Source of the DNA: Sphingomonadales bacterium
Lineage (GTDB): Bacteria; Pseudomonadota; Alphaproteobacteria; Sphingomonadales; Sphingomonadaceae
Assembly (NCBI GenBank): GCA_038315875.1
Contig: JBBQAG010000001.1
Coordinates: 523 to 64,522 of the forward strand
Direction of reading: 5' to 3'
Length of the DNA stretch: 64,000 nt
Below the pieces are notes generated by a model, which was not told the origin of the DNA, searched no databases, and saw only the letters and a program-made list of their open reading frames with translations. Both the position numbers and the translations under genes were made by a program. Shown one piece after another: positions 25,898 through 37,243 of this stretch (positions are counted from its first letter, which is position 1; each line of letters opens with the position of its first letter).

Positions 25898-27283
25898 TCA
25901 ATTGGGCTTTGGCGCAGGCGGCGCAGCAAGATCAGGTGCCGCAGGACCAGGCGTACCAAGCTTTGCGATCGCGGCGACCTGGGTCGGCCCGCCAAGCCGC
26001 GCGATCGTTTGCAGCGCATAATAAAGCTGGAAATCGTCGATCTTGCGCTTCTTCAGATCATCGATTGAAGCCGCGAAACGCGTATCGGGCTTCGTATCTT
26101 CCTCAAGCACCGAATTATCGACCTTCGCCTCGTTGATCAAATGACGGCGCAGATCGTCCTCCCGAAAGGTTGGACGAGTCTTGTAATCCGCATCGCTCAG
26201 CTGCGGCACCAGAACATCGGGATCGATCCCGCCTTCCTGCACCGATCGCCCCGAAGGCGTGTAATAGCGCGCCGTCGTCAGCCGTACTTCGGTTTTGGCA
26301 CCGATCTTCAACAACGACTGGACCGATCCCTTGCCGAAGCTGCGCTCGCCTAGGACGAGGCCACGGTGATGATCCTGCAGCGCGCCGGCGACGATCTCCG
26401 ATGCGGAAGCGGTGCCGGAATTGACGAGGACAACGATCGGCAGGCCATTGGCGAAATCGCCGGGCTTGGCAAAGTAGCTCTCGATATCGGTTTTCTCCCG
26501 GCCACGCTGCGAGACGATCTCGCCGTGATCGAGGAAGGTATCCGATACCTCGATCGCTTCGTTGAGCAAGCCACCGCCATTGTCTCGAAGATCGACGACA
26601 TAGCCGAGCGGATCATGCCCCAGTTTCTTGCGGATCTGCGCGATCGCGTCGCGCGTGTAGGCGCCGGTGCGATCGGAGAACGTGTTGATGTTGATGATGC
26701 CGATATCGCCCTTCACGTCCCACTTCACAGGTTTCTGGACGATGATTTCGCGAATCAGCGATACCTCGATCGGCTTGTCGCGGCCCTTGCGCACCAGCGT
26801 GATCGTGATCCGGGTGCCGGGTTTGCCGCGCATCTCCGAAATCGCCTCGTCGAGCGTCAGGCCGTAAAGCAGCTTGCCGTTCAGGCGGGTGATATAGTCG
26901 CCCGATTTCACGCCGGCACGAAATGCCGGCGTATCTTCCTGCGGGGCAATCACCTTCACCGCGCCGTCTTCCATCGTCACCGACAGGCCAAGGCCGCCAT
27001 AGCTGCCTTCGGTCTGGATGCGCAGATTGTCGTAATCAACGCCGTCGGCAAATGAGCTATGCGGATCGAGCGCTGCCAGCATCCCGTCGATTGCGCCTTT
27101 GACCAGCACCTTGTTATCGACCTTGTCGACATAGTTCGCTTTGATCAGATTATACACGTCCATGAACTGATCGAGCTCACGATAGGTGTCGGTATCGACC
27201 TGTGCCATCGCGCCGGTCGTAACGGGCACGAGCGCGAGCGCGACGACGATCGCAGTGGCCTGGAGCAGCGCGGAACGGGACAT
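25898..27283 (-). CDS. ctpA: S41 family carboxyl-terminal processing protease
   Basis: LDPHS, PDZ GGLGL, DLRDNGGGLL, TASASEIVAGALQD, SFGKGSVQ, TTARYYTPSGRSVQ. Confidence 0.93.
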   Translation of the reverse strand: MSRSALLQATAIVVALALVPVTTGAMAQVDTDTYRELDQFMDVYNLIKANYVDKVDNKVLVKGAIDGMLAALDPHSSFADGVDYDNLRIQTEGSYGGLGLSVTMEDGAVKVIAPQEDTPAFRAGVKSGDYITRLNGKLLYGLTLDEAISEMRGKPGTRITITLVRKGRDKPIEVSLIREIIVQKPVKWDVKGDIGIININTFSDRTGAYTRDAIAQIRKKLGHDPLGYVVDLRDNGGGLLNEAIEVSDTFLDHGEIVSQRGREKTDIESYFAKPGDFANGLPIVVLVNSGTASASEIVAGALQDHHRGLVLGERSFGKGSVQSLLKIGAKTEVRLTTARYYTPSGRSVQEGGIDPDVLVPQLSDADYKTRPTFREDDLRRHLINEAKVDNSVLEEDTKPDTRFAASIDDLKKRKIDDFQLYYALQTIARLGGPTQVAAIAKLGTPGPAAPDLAAPPAPKPN

Positions 27284-27395
27284 GGACGCAAAACTTTCGA
27301 AAGATCATGGGCGGCGGATGAGCGTGCCCGCAGCAGTGTAACGAGGATCAGTGCCCAATCAAAGCGCTGAACAGATGAACAGATGCTGGACGCGA

Positions 27396-28592
27396 TCAGC
27401 CGAGCAACCGCGTCATGTCTACGGGCCGGTCGCGCCGCCTGAGTTCGATCGTGACGCGCGGGGCATCGCCTTCATTCGCCCGACCGATCGGCGCGCCCTG
27501 CTCCACGCGCTCGCCCGTCGCCACCGATGTCGAGGCGAGATTGGCGATCAGCGAAGTCCAGCCCCCGCCGTGATCGATGATCACGACGGTGCCATAAGCG
27601 CGAAACGTCCGCGCGAACACGATCCGGCCTTTGGCAGGTGCGATCACCTGAGCCCCCGGCTGGGGCGCAATCGTCAGCCCGCGCGAACGAACGCCCGCCT
27701 CGGAGATTTCGCCCAGCCCAGTCACGACCTTGCCGGCAACGGGCAGGCGATAGGGCGGCGCACTGATCGACCAGCCAAGCGTATCGACGGGCGAGGCGAC
27801 TTCGCCCGGCCGGGGCGGGCGCGGCAACGGCCCGGGTAGCGATTCCAGATCGGCGCGGGTGGTTGCCTGATCGCCAAGCTGATCCATCAGATCGACGATA
27901 TCGCGCGCGCGCTCGCCAAGCGCGATCGCCCGATCCGATTCGAACAGCGCATCACGGCCCAAAGCGCGCGATTTGAGCCGATGTTCGGCTTCGAGCCGGG
28001 TCAACGCCAGGCGTTCGGTCTCGAGTCGGCCCCGGCTGTCGCCAAGGGCACGCACCGCCAGCGCCGATGCTGCCTGCAGTCGCCGAGTCCGTGCAAGCGC
28101 CGCACGCACGCTGGTCGTCCGGGCGTTTACCTGCGGGATAACCGTGCCCAACACCGCCCGCACATGCACCAGATCGTCGACCGAGCCCGGCTGCACCAGA
28201 CTGACGATCATCGGCCGGCGGGCGAGCGATTGCAGTGCGGCGAGCAGCCGAACGATCGGCGCCTGCTTTTCGGCAAGCGTCGCGCGCTGGCGATCGAGCA
28301 ACTGTCGCACGATCGCAATCCGCGCCTGTGCCGCGGCGATATCAGCCTCTGCTCGCTGGATACGGGCAGCGACCGCGGCTTCCTGCGCCCGTGCCTGCCG
28401 CGCCTCGTCGCGCTCACCCGCTGCAGCGCGTTCAAGTGCATCGGCACGCTTTTGGGCAGCGGCCGATTGCACCTTCGCCTCGCGGAGGCGATCGCGGTCG
28501 TCCGAACCGCCTGACGGTAGCTGCGCAGCGACGGTCCCCGCCATCGCCAGGCACGCCGCGAGAGGGGCGATCAAGAAGGCCGATCGCTTCAT
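27396..28592 (-). CDS. envC: Murein hydrolase activator EnvC family (coiled coil + M23-like)
   Basis: Signal peptide, long coiled coil, C-terminal YGTVVIIDHGGGWTSL. Confidence 0.85.
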   Translation of the reverse strand: MKRSAFLIAPLAACLAMAGTVAAQLPSGGSDDRDRLREAKVQSAAAQKRADALERAAAGERDEARQARAQEAAVAARIQRAEADIAAAQARIAIVRQLLDRQRATLAEKQAPIVRLLAALQSLARRPMIVSLVQPGSVDDLVHVRAVLGTVIPQVNARTTSVRAALARTRRLQAASALAVRALGDSRGRLETERLALTRLEAEHRLKSRALGRDALFESDRAIALGERARDIVDLMDQLGDQATTRADLESLPGPLPRPPRPGEVASPVDTLGWSISAPPYRLPVAGKVVTGLGEISEAGVRSRGLTIAPQPGAQVIAPAKGRIVFARTFRAYGTVVIIDHGGGWTSLIANLASTSVATGERVEQGAPIGRANEGDAPRVTIELRRRDRPVDMTRLLG

Positions 28593-28597
28593 CCTGC

Positions 28598-29020
28598 CTA
28601 TCCTTCGCGGTGATAGGGGTGGTTGGCAAGGATACTGGTGGCGCGCCACAATTGTTCGGCAAGCATCGCGCGGGCAAGCAGATGCGGCCAAGTCGCCCGC
28701 CCGAACGAGAGCAGCAGATCGGCATCGGCGCGATCAGCCTCGCCAAAGCCATCGGCTGCACCAATCATGAAACGCGCTTCACGAACGCCGTCATCGCGCC
28801 AACGCTCCAGCCGCTCGGCAAAGGTCTTCGATGGAAGCATCTCACCGGTTTCATCGAGCAGCACCAGCTTCGTCTGCGGCTCGCGCAGCGGCACGCGTCC
28901 GCCGTTATCGGGCAGTTCGGTGATCCGCACCGGCCAGCCGAGCCGCTTCACATAGCGATCGACCAGTTCGGCCTCGGGCCCGCGCCCGATGCGCCCGCGC
29001 GCGACAATGTGGAGCAGCAA
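28598..29020 (-). CDS. rlmH: 23S rRNA pseudouridine-1915 N3-methyltransferase
   Basis: LLDETG, FMIGAADG, LSFGRATWPHLLARAMLAEQLWRA, HPYHR. Confidence 0.95.
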   Translation of the reverse strand: MLLHIVARGRIGRGPEAELVDRYVKRLGWPVRITELPDNGGRVPLREPQTKLVLLDETGEMLPSKTFAERLERWRDDGVREARFMIGAADGFGEADRADADLLLSFGRATWPHLLARAMLAEQLWRATSILANHPYHREG

Positions 29021-29026
29021 CGCGGA

Positions 29027-29440
29027 TCAGTCGTCTGGCGTCGGATCCGGCTCCGCAACGGCCACTGCCACCGGTGCGTCACCAAATGCCCACATCCGCT
29101 CCAGATTATAAAAGCTGCGCACTTCGGGGCGAAACAGATGGATGATCACGTCGCCCGCATCGATCAGCACCCAGTCCGCCGTCGGCAACCCCTCGACGCG
29201 CGCGCTGCGGCCCGTTTCGGCCTTGATCTTCTCGGTGAGCTTCGACGCCATCGACGCGACCTGCCGGGTCGAACGACCGCTGGCGATCACCATGTGATCG
29301 GCAATGCTGCTCTTGCCCGCGAGCGGGATCGAGATGGCGTCGACCGCCTGATCATCGTCGAGCGATGCCAGAACGAGACGATGCAGCGCCTCGACACCGT
29401 CAGTGTCGGACGAGCGATAGCTTTGTGGGGATGAGGCCAA
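29027..29440 (-). CDS. rsfS: Ribosome silencing factor
   Basis: SD AGGAG + TTG; MVIASGRSTRQV, WVLIDAGDVIIHLF, RSFYNLERMW. Confidence 0.95.
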   Translation of the reverse strand: MASSPQSYRSSDTDGVEALHRLVLASLDDDQAVDAISIPLAGKSSIADHMVIASGRSTRQVASMASKLTEKIKAETGRSARVEGLPTADWVLIDAGDVIIHLFRPEVRSFYNLERMWAFGDAPVAVAVAEPDPTPDD

Positions 29441-29448
29441 GATAACTC

Positions 29449-30120
29449 CTAGGTTGAAGGCGCGTCGGTAGCGCCGCCGGGTGCGGTTGAAGGGGCGTCA
29501 GTGTCAGTATCGGAGCCCAAAAAACGGGCCTGCCAGGCGGGATCGGCCTTTCGGAGCCGGGTCGCGGACGTCTCATCAGGGCGAAAGCGCAACAGCACGA
29601 GTGCCGGCAATCTCCACCTCGTCCAGCCTTGAGCCTGATATGCGGGATGGACAAAGCGCCGCAACCAACCCATCGCGGGGGCCGCGCGGGCAGAACCTTC
29701 ATATCCCGGACGCGCGATGACTGCAATCGGAACCTGCTTGGCGATCCGCCGCCAGCCGCGCCATTGATCGAATTGGGCAAGATTATCGCTGCCCATCAGC
29801 CAGACGAAGCGTTTCTTGGGGTATAATTTGGTCAGCTTGTCGATCGTATCGACCGTAAACCGGGTGCCCAGCCGTTGCTCGATCGCGCTTACCCGGATCG
29901 GCGCGTGGCGCGCCATTTGCAGGGCAGAGGCATAGCGTGCGGCAAAGGGCGCCATGTCGCTCGCCGTCTCTTTCAGCGGATTGCCCGGCGACACCAGCCA
30001 CCACACCTCGTCGAGATCGAGCGCGGCAAAAGCGGCCATGCTGATCGATCGGTGCCCGGCATGCGCGGGATTGAACGAGCCGCCAAGGATGCCGATGCGC
30101 GTGGCTGTCGCGCCTCTCAA
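29449..30120 (-). CDS. nadD: Nicotinate-nucleotide adenylyltransferase
   Basis: GILGGSFNPAHAGH, NPLK, TRFTVDT, WLMGSDNL; probable TTG start overlapping the proA stop. Confidence 0.92.
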   Translation of the reverse strand: MRGATATRIGILGGSFNPAHAGHRSISMAAFAALDLDEVWWLVSPGNPLKETASDMAPFAARYASALQMARHAPIRVSAIEQRLGTRFTVDTIDKLTKLYPKKRFVWLMGSDNLAQFDQWRGWRRIAKQVPIAVIARPGYEGSARAAPAMGWLRRFVHPAYQAQGWTRWRLPALVLLRFRPDETSATRLRKADPAWQARFLGSDTDTDAPSTAPGGATDAPST

Positions 30121-31382
30121 CCGCGCACCTGCCCCGTGCCGCGAGCAACCCATTTATACGTGGTCAATCCCTCGAGCGCGACCGGCCCGCGTGCGTGCAG
30201 CCGACCCGTTGCGATGCCGATTTCGCCGCCCAGGCCGAATTCGCCGCCGTCAGCAAATTGAGTGGAGGCATTCCATAGCACGATGGCGCTGTCGACCTCG
30301 GCGAGGAACCGTTCTGCTACGCCCGCATCGGCGGCAACGATGGCATCGGTATGATGCGATCCGTGGCGCGCGATATGCGCCATTGCGCCGTCGACGCCGT
30401 CGACGATCGCAACCGAGGCGACCGCATCGAGATATTCGGTATCCCAATCGGCGTCATTGGCTGCCAAGACACCGCCATCGAGGATTTGCGCAGAACCATC
30501 TCCGCGGACCTCGCACCCCGCCTGACGCAGCGCCGCAATCAGCGCGCCGCCGCCGGCAAAACGCCGATCGATCAGCAGCGTTTCCATCGCGCCGCACACG
30601 CCTGTCCGCCGCAGCTTTGCATCGATCACGATCGCCTGCGCCATCGCCGGATCAGCCGAGCCATCGACATAGACATGGTTGATCCCGTCGAGATGCGCGA
30701 GCACGGGCACCCGCGCCTCCGCCTGCACACGCGCGACGAGGCTCTTGCCCCCGCGCGGCACGATCATGTCGATGCTCCCCTCCGCTGTCAGCATCGCGCC
30801 GACCAACGCGCGATCGGTATCGGCAACGAGCATCACGGTTTCGGGCGACACGCCGGCCGCACCGAGACCAGTGACGAAGGCAGTATGGATTGCCCGATTG
30901 CTCTCCCGCGCTTCCGATCCGCCGCGCAGGATGACCGCGTTGCCAGACATGACGCACAGCGCCGCTGCATCGGCGGTCACATTGGGGCGGCTTTCATAAA
31001 TGATCCCGATCACCCCGATCGGCACGCGCACGCGGGCAAGCGCGATGCCGCTGGGCGCCGTGCGCTGATCGATCACGGCGCCGACTGGATCGGCCAGGCG
31101 CGCAATCGTCGCTACGGCTGCCGCCATCGCCTCGATCCTGCCTGCGTCCAGCCGTAGCCGATCCAGCATCGCCGGCGACAATCCTGCTGCTTGGGCGCGC
31201 GCCATATCATCGGCGTTCGCCGCCAGGATTTCGGGCATCGCTGCCCTTAGGCACGCCGCTGCGCGCTCCAGTGCCGCAATCCTCGTAGCGGGCGGCAGCC
31301 GCACGAGCATCTGGCTCGCAGCGCGCGCCTGCGCGGCCATCTCGTCGATAATGTGATCAGCGCTGTCGGCAATGTCGGTCAT
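30117..31382 (-). CDS. proA: Gamma-glutamyl phosphate reductase
   Basis: GVIGIIYESRPNVT, LRGGSEA, IVPRGGKSL, GVCGAMETLL, NASTQFADGGEFGLGGEIGIAT, RGPVALEGLTTYK. Confidence 0.96.
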   Translation of the reverse strand: MTDIADSADHIIDEMAAQARAASQMLVRLPPATRIAALERAAACLRAAMPEILAANADDMARAQAAGLSPAMLDRLRLDAGRIEAMAAAVATIARLADPVGAVIDQRTAPSGIALARVRVPIGVIGIIYESRPNVTADAAALCVMSGNAVILRGGSEARESNRAIHTAFVTGLGAAGVSPETVMLVADTDRALVGAMLTAEGSIDMIVPRGGKSLVARVQAEARVPVLAHLDGINHVYVDGSADPAMAQAIVIDAKLRRTGVCGAMETLLIDRRFAGGGALIAALRQAGCEVRGDGSAQILDGGVLAANDADWDTEYLDAVASVAIVDGVDGAMAHIARHGSHHTDAIVAADAGVAERFLAEVDSAIVLWNASTQFADGGEFGLGGEIGIATGRLHARGPVALEGLTTYKWVARGTGQVRG

Positions 31383-31475
31383 CGTCAACAGGCGTAGCAG
31401 CGTGTTTGGCGGGCGCCAAACTTTGTGCGGCGCGTGCCTCTATCGTGCGCCGCTCGAAATCGTTATCGTGACCCT

Positions 31476-32594
31476 GTGCAGGGGGAATTCGAAGCAGCAG
31501 GCGACATCGCCACCGGCGGCGTCTTTGCGCGCGCCATTGAGACCGATGCGGGCGAAGCCGGGCATCGAAAATCGCATCGGCATACAGCCCAGTTGATCTG
31601 CCTGAATTGCGGCACCGCGCTATCCGGGGAGTTTTGCGCCAATTGCGGCCAGGCGGTACATATTCATCGGACGCTTGCGTCGATCGGTCATGATCTGCTC
31701 CACGGCGTTTGGCATTTCGAGGGCAAGATCTGGCGCACCCTGCCAATGTTGTTCACGCGCCCCGGCACCCTCACGCGTCGCTATATCGCGGGCGAGCGCG
31801 TGCGCTTCGTCTCGCCGCTCGCGCTGTTCCTTTTCTCCGTCTTCCTGATGGTAGCGACGTTTGAGACGATTGGCGGCCCCTTCGGTGGCAACGACCCCAG
31901 GGCCGTTGCCGCTGCGGGCAAGCTCACTCCGGCCGAGATGACGAAGCAACGCCGCGACAAGCAGGCCGAGAAAACGCGCCTGACGGCTGAAATCGATGCT
32001 CTTCGCGCACCCCGCGACGGCAGCGATCAGGTGGCCACACGCATCGAGCGGATCGATAAGCGGATCGATCGGCTCGACGAAGATATCGACGCGCTCGAAG
32101 CTGCCGAGGCGATCACATCGGGCAAATTCGATAATCCGAAGATCACCAGCAAGATTCACACGGGCATCCCCGCGTTCGACCATCGGCTCGCTTATGCGCT
32201 CAAGGAGCCCAAGCTGTTTCTCTACAAGCTACAGTCGAGCGCTTATAAATATAGCTGGGCGCTGATCCCGATCTCGCTCCCCTTCATCTGGCTGTTGTTT
32301 CCGTTCCGGCGCGATGTCGGCCCCTATGATCATACGATTTTTGCGATCTATTCGCTATCGGCGATGACGCTTGGCGCTGTTTTGTTGAGCGTTGGCCAGG
32401 CAATCGGACTCCCCGGCGGCATGATTGCGACACTCTTCGCCTTCGGCCCCCCGCTCCATATGTATAAGCAGTTGCGCGGCGCTTACCGGATTGGCCGGTT
32501 TGCAGCGATCTGGCGCACCGCTGCATTGATGCTGTTCTCGCTCGTATCCGCCGTGCTGTTCTTCGTCGTCGTGCTGACGATCATCGCTGGCTGA
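31476..32594 (+). CDS. DUF3667 domain membrane protein
   Basis: CLNCG...FCANCGQ zinc ribbon; EGKIWRTL...RPGTLTRRYIAGERVRFVSPLALFLF; coiled coil; C-terminal TM helices. Confidence 0.88.
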   Translation: MQGEFEAAGDIATGGVFARAIETDAGEAGHRKSHRHTAQLICLNCGTALSGEFCANCGQAVHIHRTLASIGHDLLHGVWHFEGKIWRTLPMLFTRPGTLTRRYIAGERVRFVSPLALFLFSVFLMVATFETIGGPFGGNDPRAVAAAGKLTPAEMTKQRRDKQAEKTRLTAEIDALRAPRDGSDQVATRIERIDKRIDRLDEDIDALEAAEAITSGKFDNPKITSKIHTGIPAFDHRLAYALKEPKLFLYKLQSSAYKYSWALIPISLPFIWLLFPFRRDVGPYDHTIFAIYSLSAMTLGAVLLSVGQAIGLPGGMIATLFAFGPPLHMYKQLRGAYRIGRFAAIWRTAALMLFSLVSAVLFFVVVLTIIAG

Positions 32595-32613
32595 AAGGCC
32601 GGCTGAAGGCGCC

Positions 32614-32988
32614 TTACGCCTTGCAGGGAAAACGCTGCTTCATCAGGCTGACAAATGCCGTTTTGACGCTGACGGTGCGCTTTGCTGCAGGAATCGAGGA
32701 GAAATAGCTGATCAGATCGGCACTACCGATTCCGGTCTTGCCGACCGGCGGCGGGCAGCTGCTTGGCTGCTTGCCGGCAGCTGCTTCAGCGGCGAGCGCC
32801 TTGCGATACTCAGCGCCTGCACCCTTCACCTCTTCGGTCATCAGCCCAATATCGGGCGATGCGATTGCCAGCACCCCCTGTTGCTTGAGCGCGGCCGCCT
32901 TGGCGAGAAACTCGTTGACCGTCATCGCCTGCGCGACACTCGGCACGATCGCTGTCAACAATATCGTCGCCATCAAGCTCTTGCGCAT
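32614..32988 (-). CDS. Small secreted protein with Rap1a/Tai-like C-terminal pattern
   Basis: Signal peptide MRKSLMATILLTAIVPSVAQA; SCPPP...YFSSIPAAKR...LMKQRFPC. Confidence 0.6.
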   Translation of the reverse strand: MRKSLMATILLTAIVPSVAQAMTVNEFLAKAAALKQQGVLAIASPDIGLMTEEVKGAGAEYRKALAAEAAAGKQPSSCPPPVGKTGIGSADLISYFSSIPAAKRTVSVKTAFVSLMKQRFPCKA

Positions 32989-33133
32989 CCGATGTCCCTT
33001 CCCGTCCTGGCAACGGGCGCCATAATCGGGCGACACGCTGAGGGAAAGTGGATTCGGCGCACCACTAGGCCGTCGCGAAATTGGTCGCTTGGCCGAGCCG
33101 CTAAAATCCCGAGCCAGCCGAGATACGCGGGCG

Positions 33134-35095
<1,962 letters not shown>

Positions 35096-35119
35096 GGTCG
35101 CTCGATACCTTTCAGGTCA

Positions 35120-35151
35120 CCAAGATAGGCATCCGCAGGTTAATGGCAATG
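35120..35151 (-). promoter_or_regulatory. Putative RpoH (sigma32) promoter of ftsH
   Basis: Minus strand CATTG-N17-CCTATCTTGG versus the alphaproteobacterial RpoH-type CTTG-N17-CYTATNTNNG. Confidence 0.45.
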
Positions 35152-35175
35152 GAACAAGTTACGGCATTAAGTCCA

Positions 35176-36195
35176 TCAGAGTGATCGGCGGGGCGGGGCT
35201 TTGGAAAAATGCCAAATCGGACCCTTCGACGAAGCGATAACGCCGGCGTGGGTGGCCGATTTCCGGGATTCCAGCGCATCGAGCAGAGCCTCGATGTTAC
35301 TTGCATCGCCAAAGTCGGGCCGCGTGATGGCGTTGCTGCTTCGCACGGCCGCGATCGCGGCACGCGCCAGACGGCGCTTCAGTTCGCGTGGCACGCCGGT
35401 GAGGTCCAGCGAAACCGCTTCGCCGGGGTTCGTGCCGTCATGCAAGATGCGGCGCGTTCCCCAGAGCCACGCCTCGATATCACGCATCGCTGAATCGGCT
35501 TGAGCCGCATGCGCTGCCGAACGCGCGAGTTGCACTGCATCGAGCAAGGGCGCCTCGGCCAACAGCGCGCGAAACTGGGTTCGGTCGAATCGAGGGTCAC
35601 CGTTGCTTGGATCATCGACGAAAGGCACCTGCTCTGCGCTGCAAAGCCCGCGCAAGGTCGCGCTACGCCAGCCTAGCAATGGCCGAACGAGATCGAACGG
35701 GGGGGCCTCGACCAGTCTCACCCGCGCCCGGATGCCGGCAAGGCCGGATACCCCCGAACCGCGCGCCGCGCGCATCAGGAATGTTTCTGCCTGATCATCG
35801 CTGTGGTGCGCGGTCGCGAGGATGCCAGCCCCCGCCATCATCGCCCACCGCGTGAGCAAATCATACCGTGCTGCCCGCGCACCGGCCTGGACATTGGCGG
35901 GATCGATCGGGACATCGGGCGTCAGAACCTCATGCGGCACGCCGACTGACTGGCAATAATCGCCCACCATCGCGGCTTCGTCCGCCGATGCGGCGCGCAG
36001 CCGGTGATCGACCGTCGCTGCGATCAGCTGTCCCGGAAACGCCGCGCTGGCGAGCGCCAGCATCGCCATGCTGTCCGGCCCGCCAGACACCGCAAGGGCG
36101 ATAGGTTCGTCCGCCGCGACATCGCGGTCGAGCACGGCAACAAGATCGCCCCTGAAGCGCGCAACCAGCGCCGCACCGGGCGCCGCCGCTCTCAT
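35176..36195 (-). CDS. tilS: tRNA(Ile)-lysidine synthetase
   Basis: AVSGGPDSMAM, TVDHRLR, ATAHHSDDQAETFLMR, DDPSN. Confidence 0.95.
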   Translation of the reverse strand: MRAAAPGAALVARFRGDLVAVLDRDVAADEPIALAVSGGPDSMAMLALASAAFPGQLIAATVDHRLRAASADEAAMVGDYCQSVGVPHEVLTPDVPIDPANVQAGARAARYDLLTRWAMMAGAGILATAHHSDDQAETFLMRAARGSGVSGLAGIRARVRLVEAPPFDLVRPLLGWRSATLRGLCSAEQVPFVDDPSNGDPRFDRTQFRALLAEAPLLDAVQLARSAAHAAQADSAMRDIEAWLWGTRRILHDGTNPGEAVSLDLTGVPRELKRRLARAAIAAVRSSNAITRPDFGDASNIEALLDALESRKSATHAGVIASSKGPIWHFSKAPPRRSL

Positions 36196-36199
36196 TGGA

Positions 36200-37180
36200 T
36201 CAGCTGGCCTTGCACTTCTGTTCAGCCCGGCCGCGCGCGATATCGTCCTTCATCGTCGGCGTGATCTTGGCCGCATAGACCTCGCTCAGCTCGTCATAAA
36301 CCTGGCAGATGTCGGCTGCAGGCTTGCCGAGCTTCTTCAGCGATACCGCCAGATAATAGAGGCTGTCCGGCGCCCGCTCGCCATCGTGAAACTTCTTGTA
36401 GTTGTCGTAGAAAGCGAGCGAGGCGAGCGATGGCTTGCCTTCATCAAGATAGGTGCGCCCAAGCAGATTCTGCGCCCAGCTCGCTCGGCGATGCGTTGGA
36501 TATTTGGCGACGACCTGCTTTAGCTGCGCCTCCGCCTCAGGGTAGAGCTTGGCCTGCCATAGCCGATAGCCATAGACATAGCCGTCGTCGGCGGGATCAT
36601 CGGTTGCGGGTCGCTCGACTGTTGCGACGAGCTTCGCTCGTGCCGGATCAACCGCCATCATGGCGGCAACGGCGCCGGTAGATGCAGGCTTTGGCTTGGC
36701 AAGGCCGGCAGCCAGCGCCGGGCGGGGTTGATCTGCCGAAATCGGCGCGATACCCGTCGCCAGTGGCTTGGCGACGCCTGTGCTCGTGCTGCCGGCTTCC
36801 TCAAGCGCCTTTAGCCGGGCGTCAGTCGATCGGCGATAGGCAGTGAAGGCATCGTCAATCAGCTGGAGCTTATGCTGCGCCTGTTCGATTTGCCCGGTGA
36901 ACGTCGTCATCTGCGATTCAAGTGCGTTCACCCGGCCGTTGAGATCGGTAACAGGGTTCGTCGCCGGCGTGCCCGGACCAGGCCCGCTGGTCGCATCCGC
37001 CGGCGCGATCTGCGGCGGGAAATACTGGCTGTTCCCGCCTGGAAACACCTTTCGCTGAACCGCCCGCATCTCGCGCTCCAGACGATCGACACGACCGTCG
37101 ATCGCGCTCTGCGCCACCGCGATCCCGGGGCCGAACGCAACGCCGCCCAACAAGATCGCCACCATCAACTGTTTACGCAT
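36200..37180 (-). CDS. Tol-Pal associated TPR protein (YbgF/CpoB-like)
   Basis: Signal peptide, N-terminal coiled coil, C-terminal TPRs (WAQNLLGRTYL, APDSLYYLA); upstream of tilS-ftsH. Confidence 0.8.
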   Translation of the reverse strand: MRKQLMVAILLGGVAFGPGIAVAQSAIDGRVDRLEREMRAVQRKVFPGGNSQYFPPQIAPADATSGPGPGTPATNPVTDLNGRVNALESQMTTFTGQIEQAQHKLQLIDDAFTAYRRSTDARLKALEEAGSTSTGVAKPLATGIAPISADQPRPALAAGLAKPKPASTGAVAAMMAVDPARAKLVATVERPATDDPADDGYVYGYRLWQAKLYPEAEAQLKQVVAKYPTHRRASWAQNLLGRTYLDEGKPSLASLAFYDNYKKFHDGERAPDSLYYLAVSLKKLGKPAADICQVYDELSEVYAAKITPTMKDDIARGRAEQKCKAS

Positions 37181-37243
37181 TTTACTCCCCCGGTGCCTTG
37201 TCGCTATCGAGATATACCCAAATCTCGCGCGTTGTCGCCAGCC

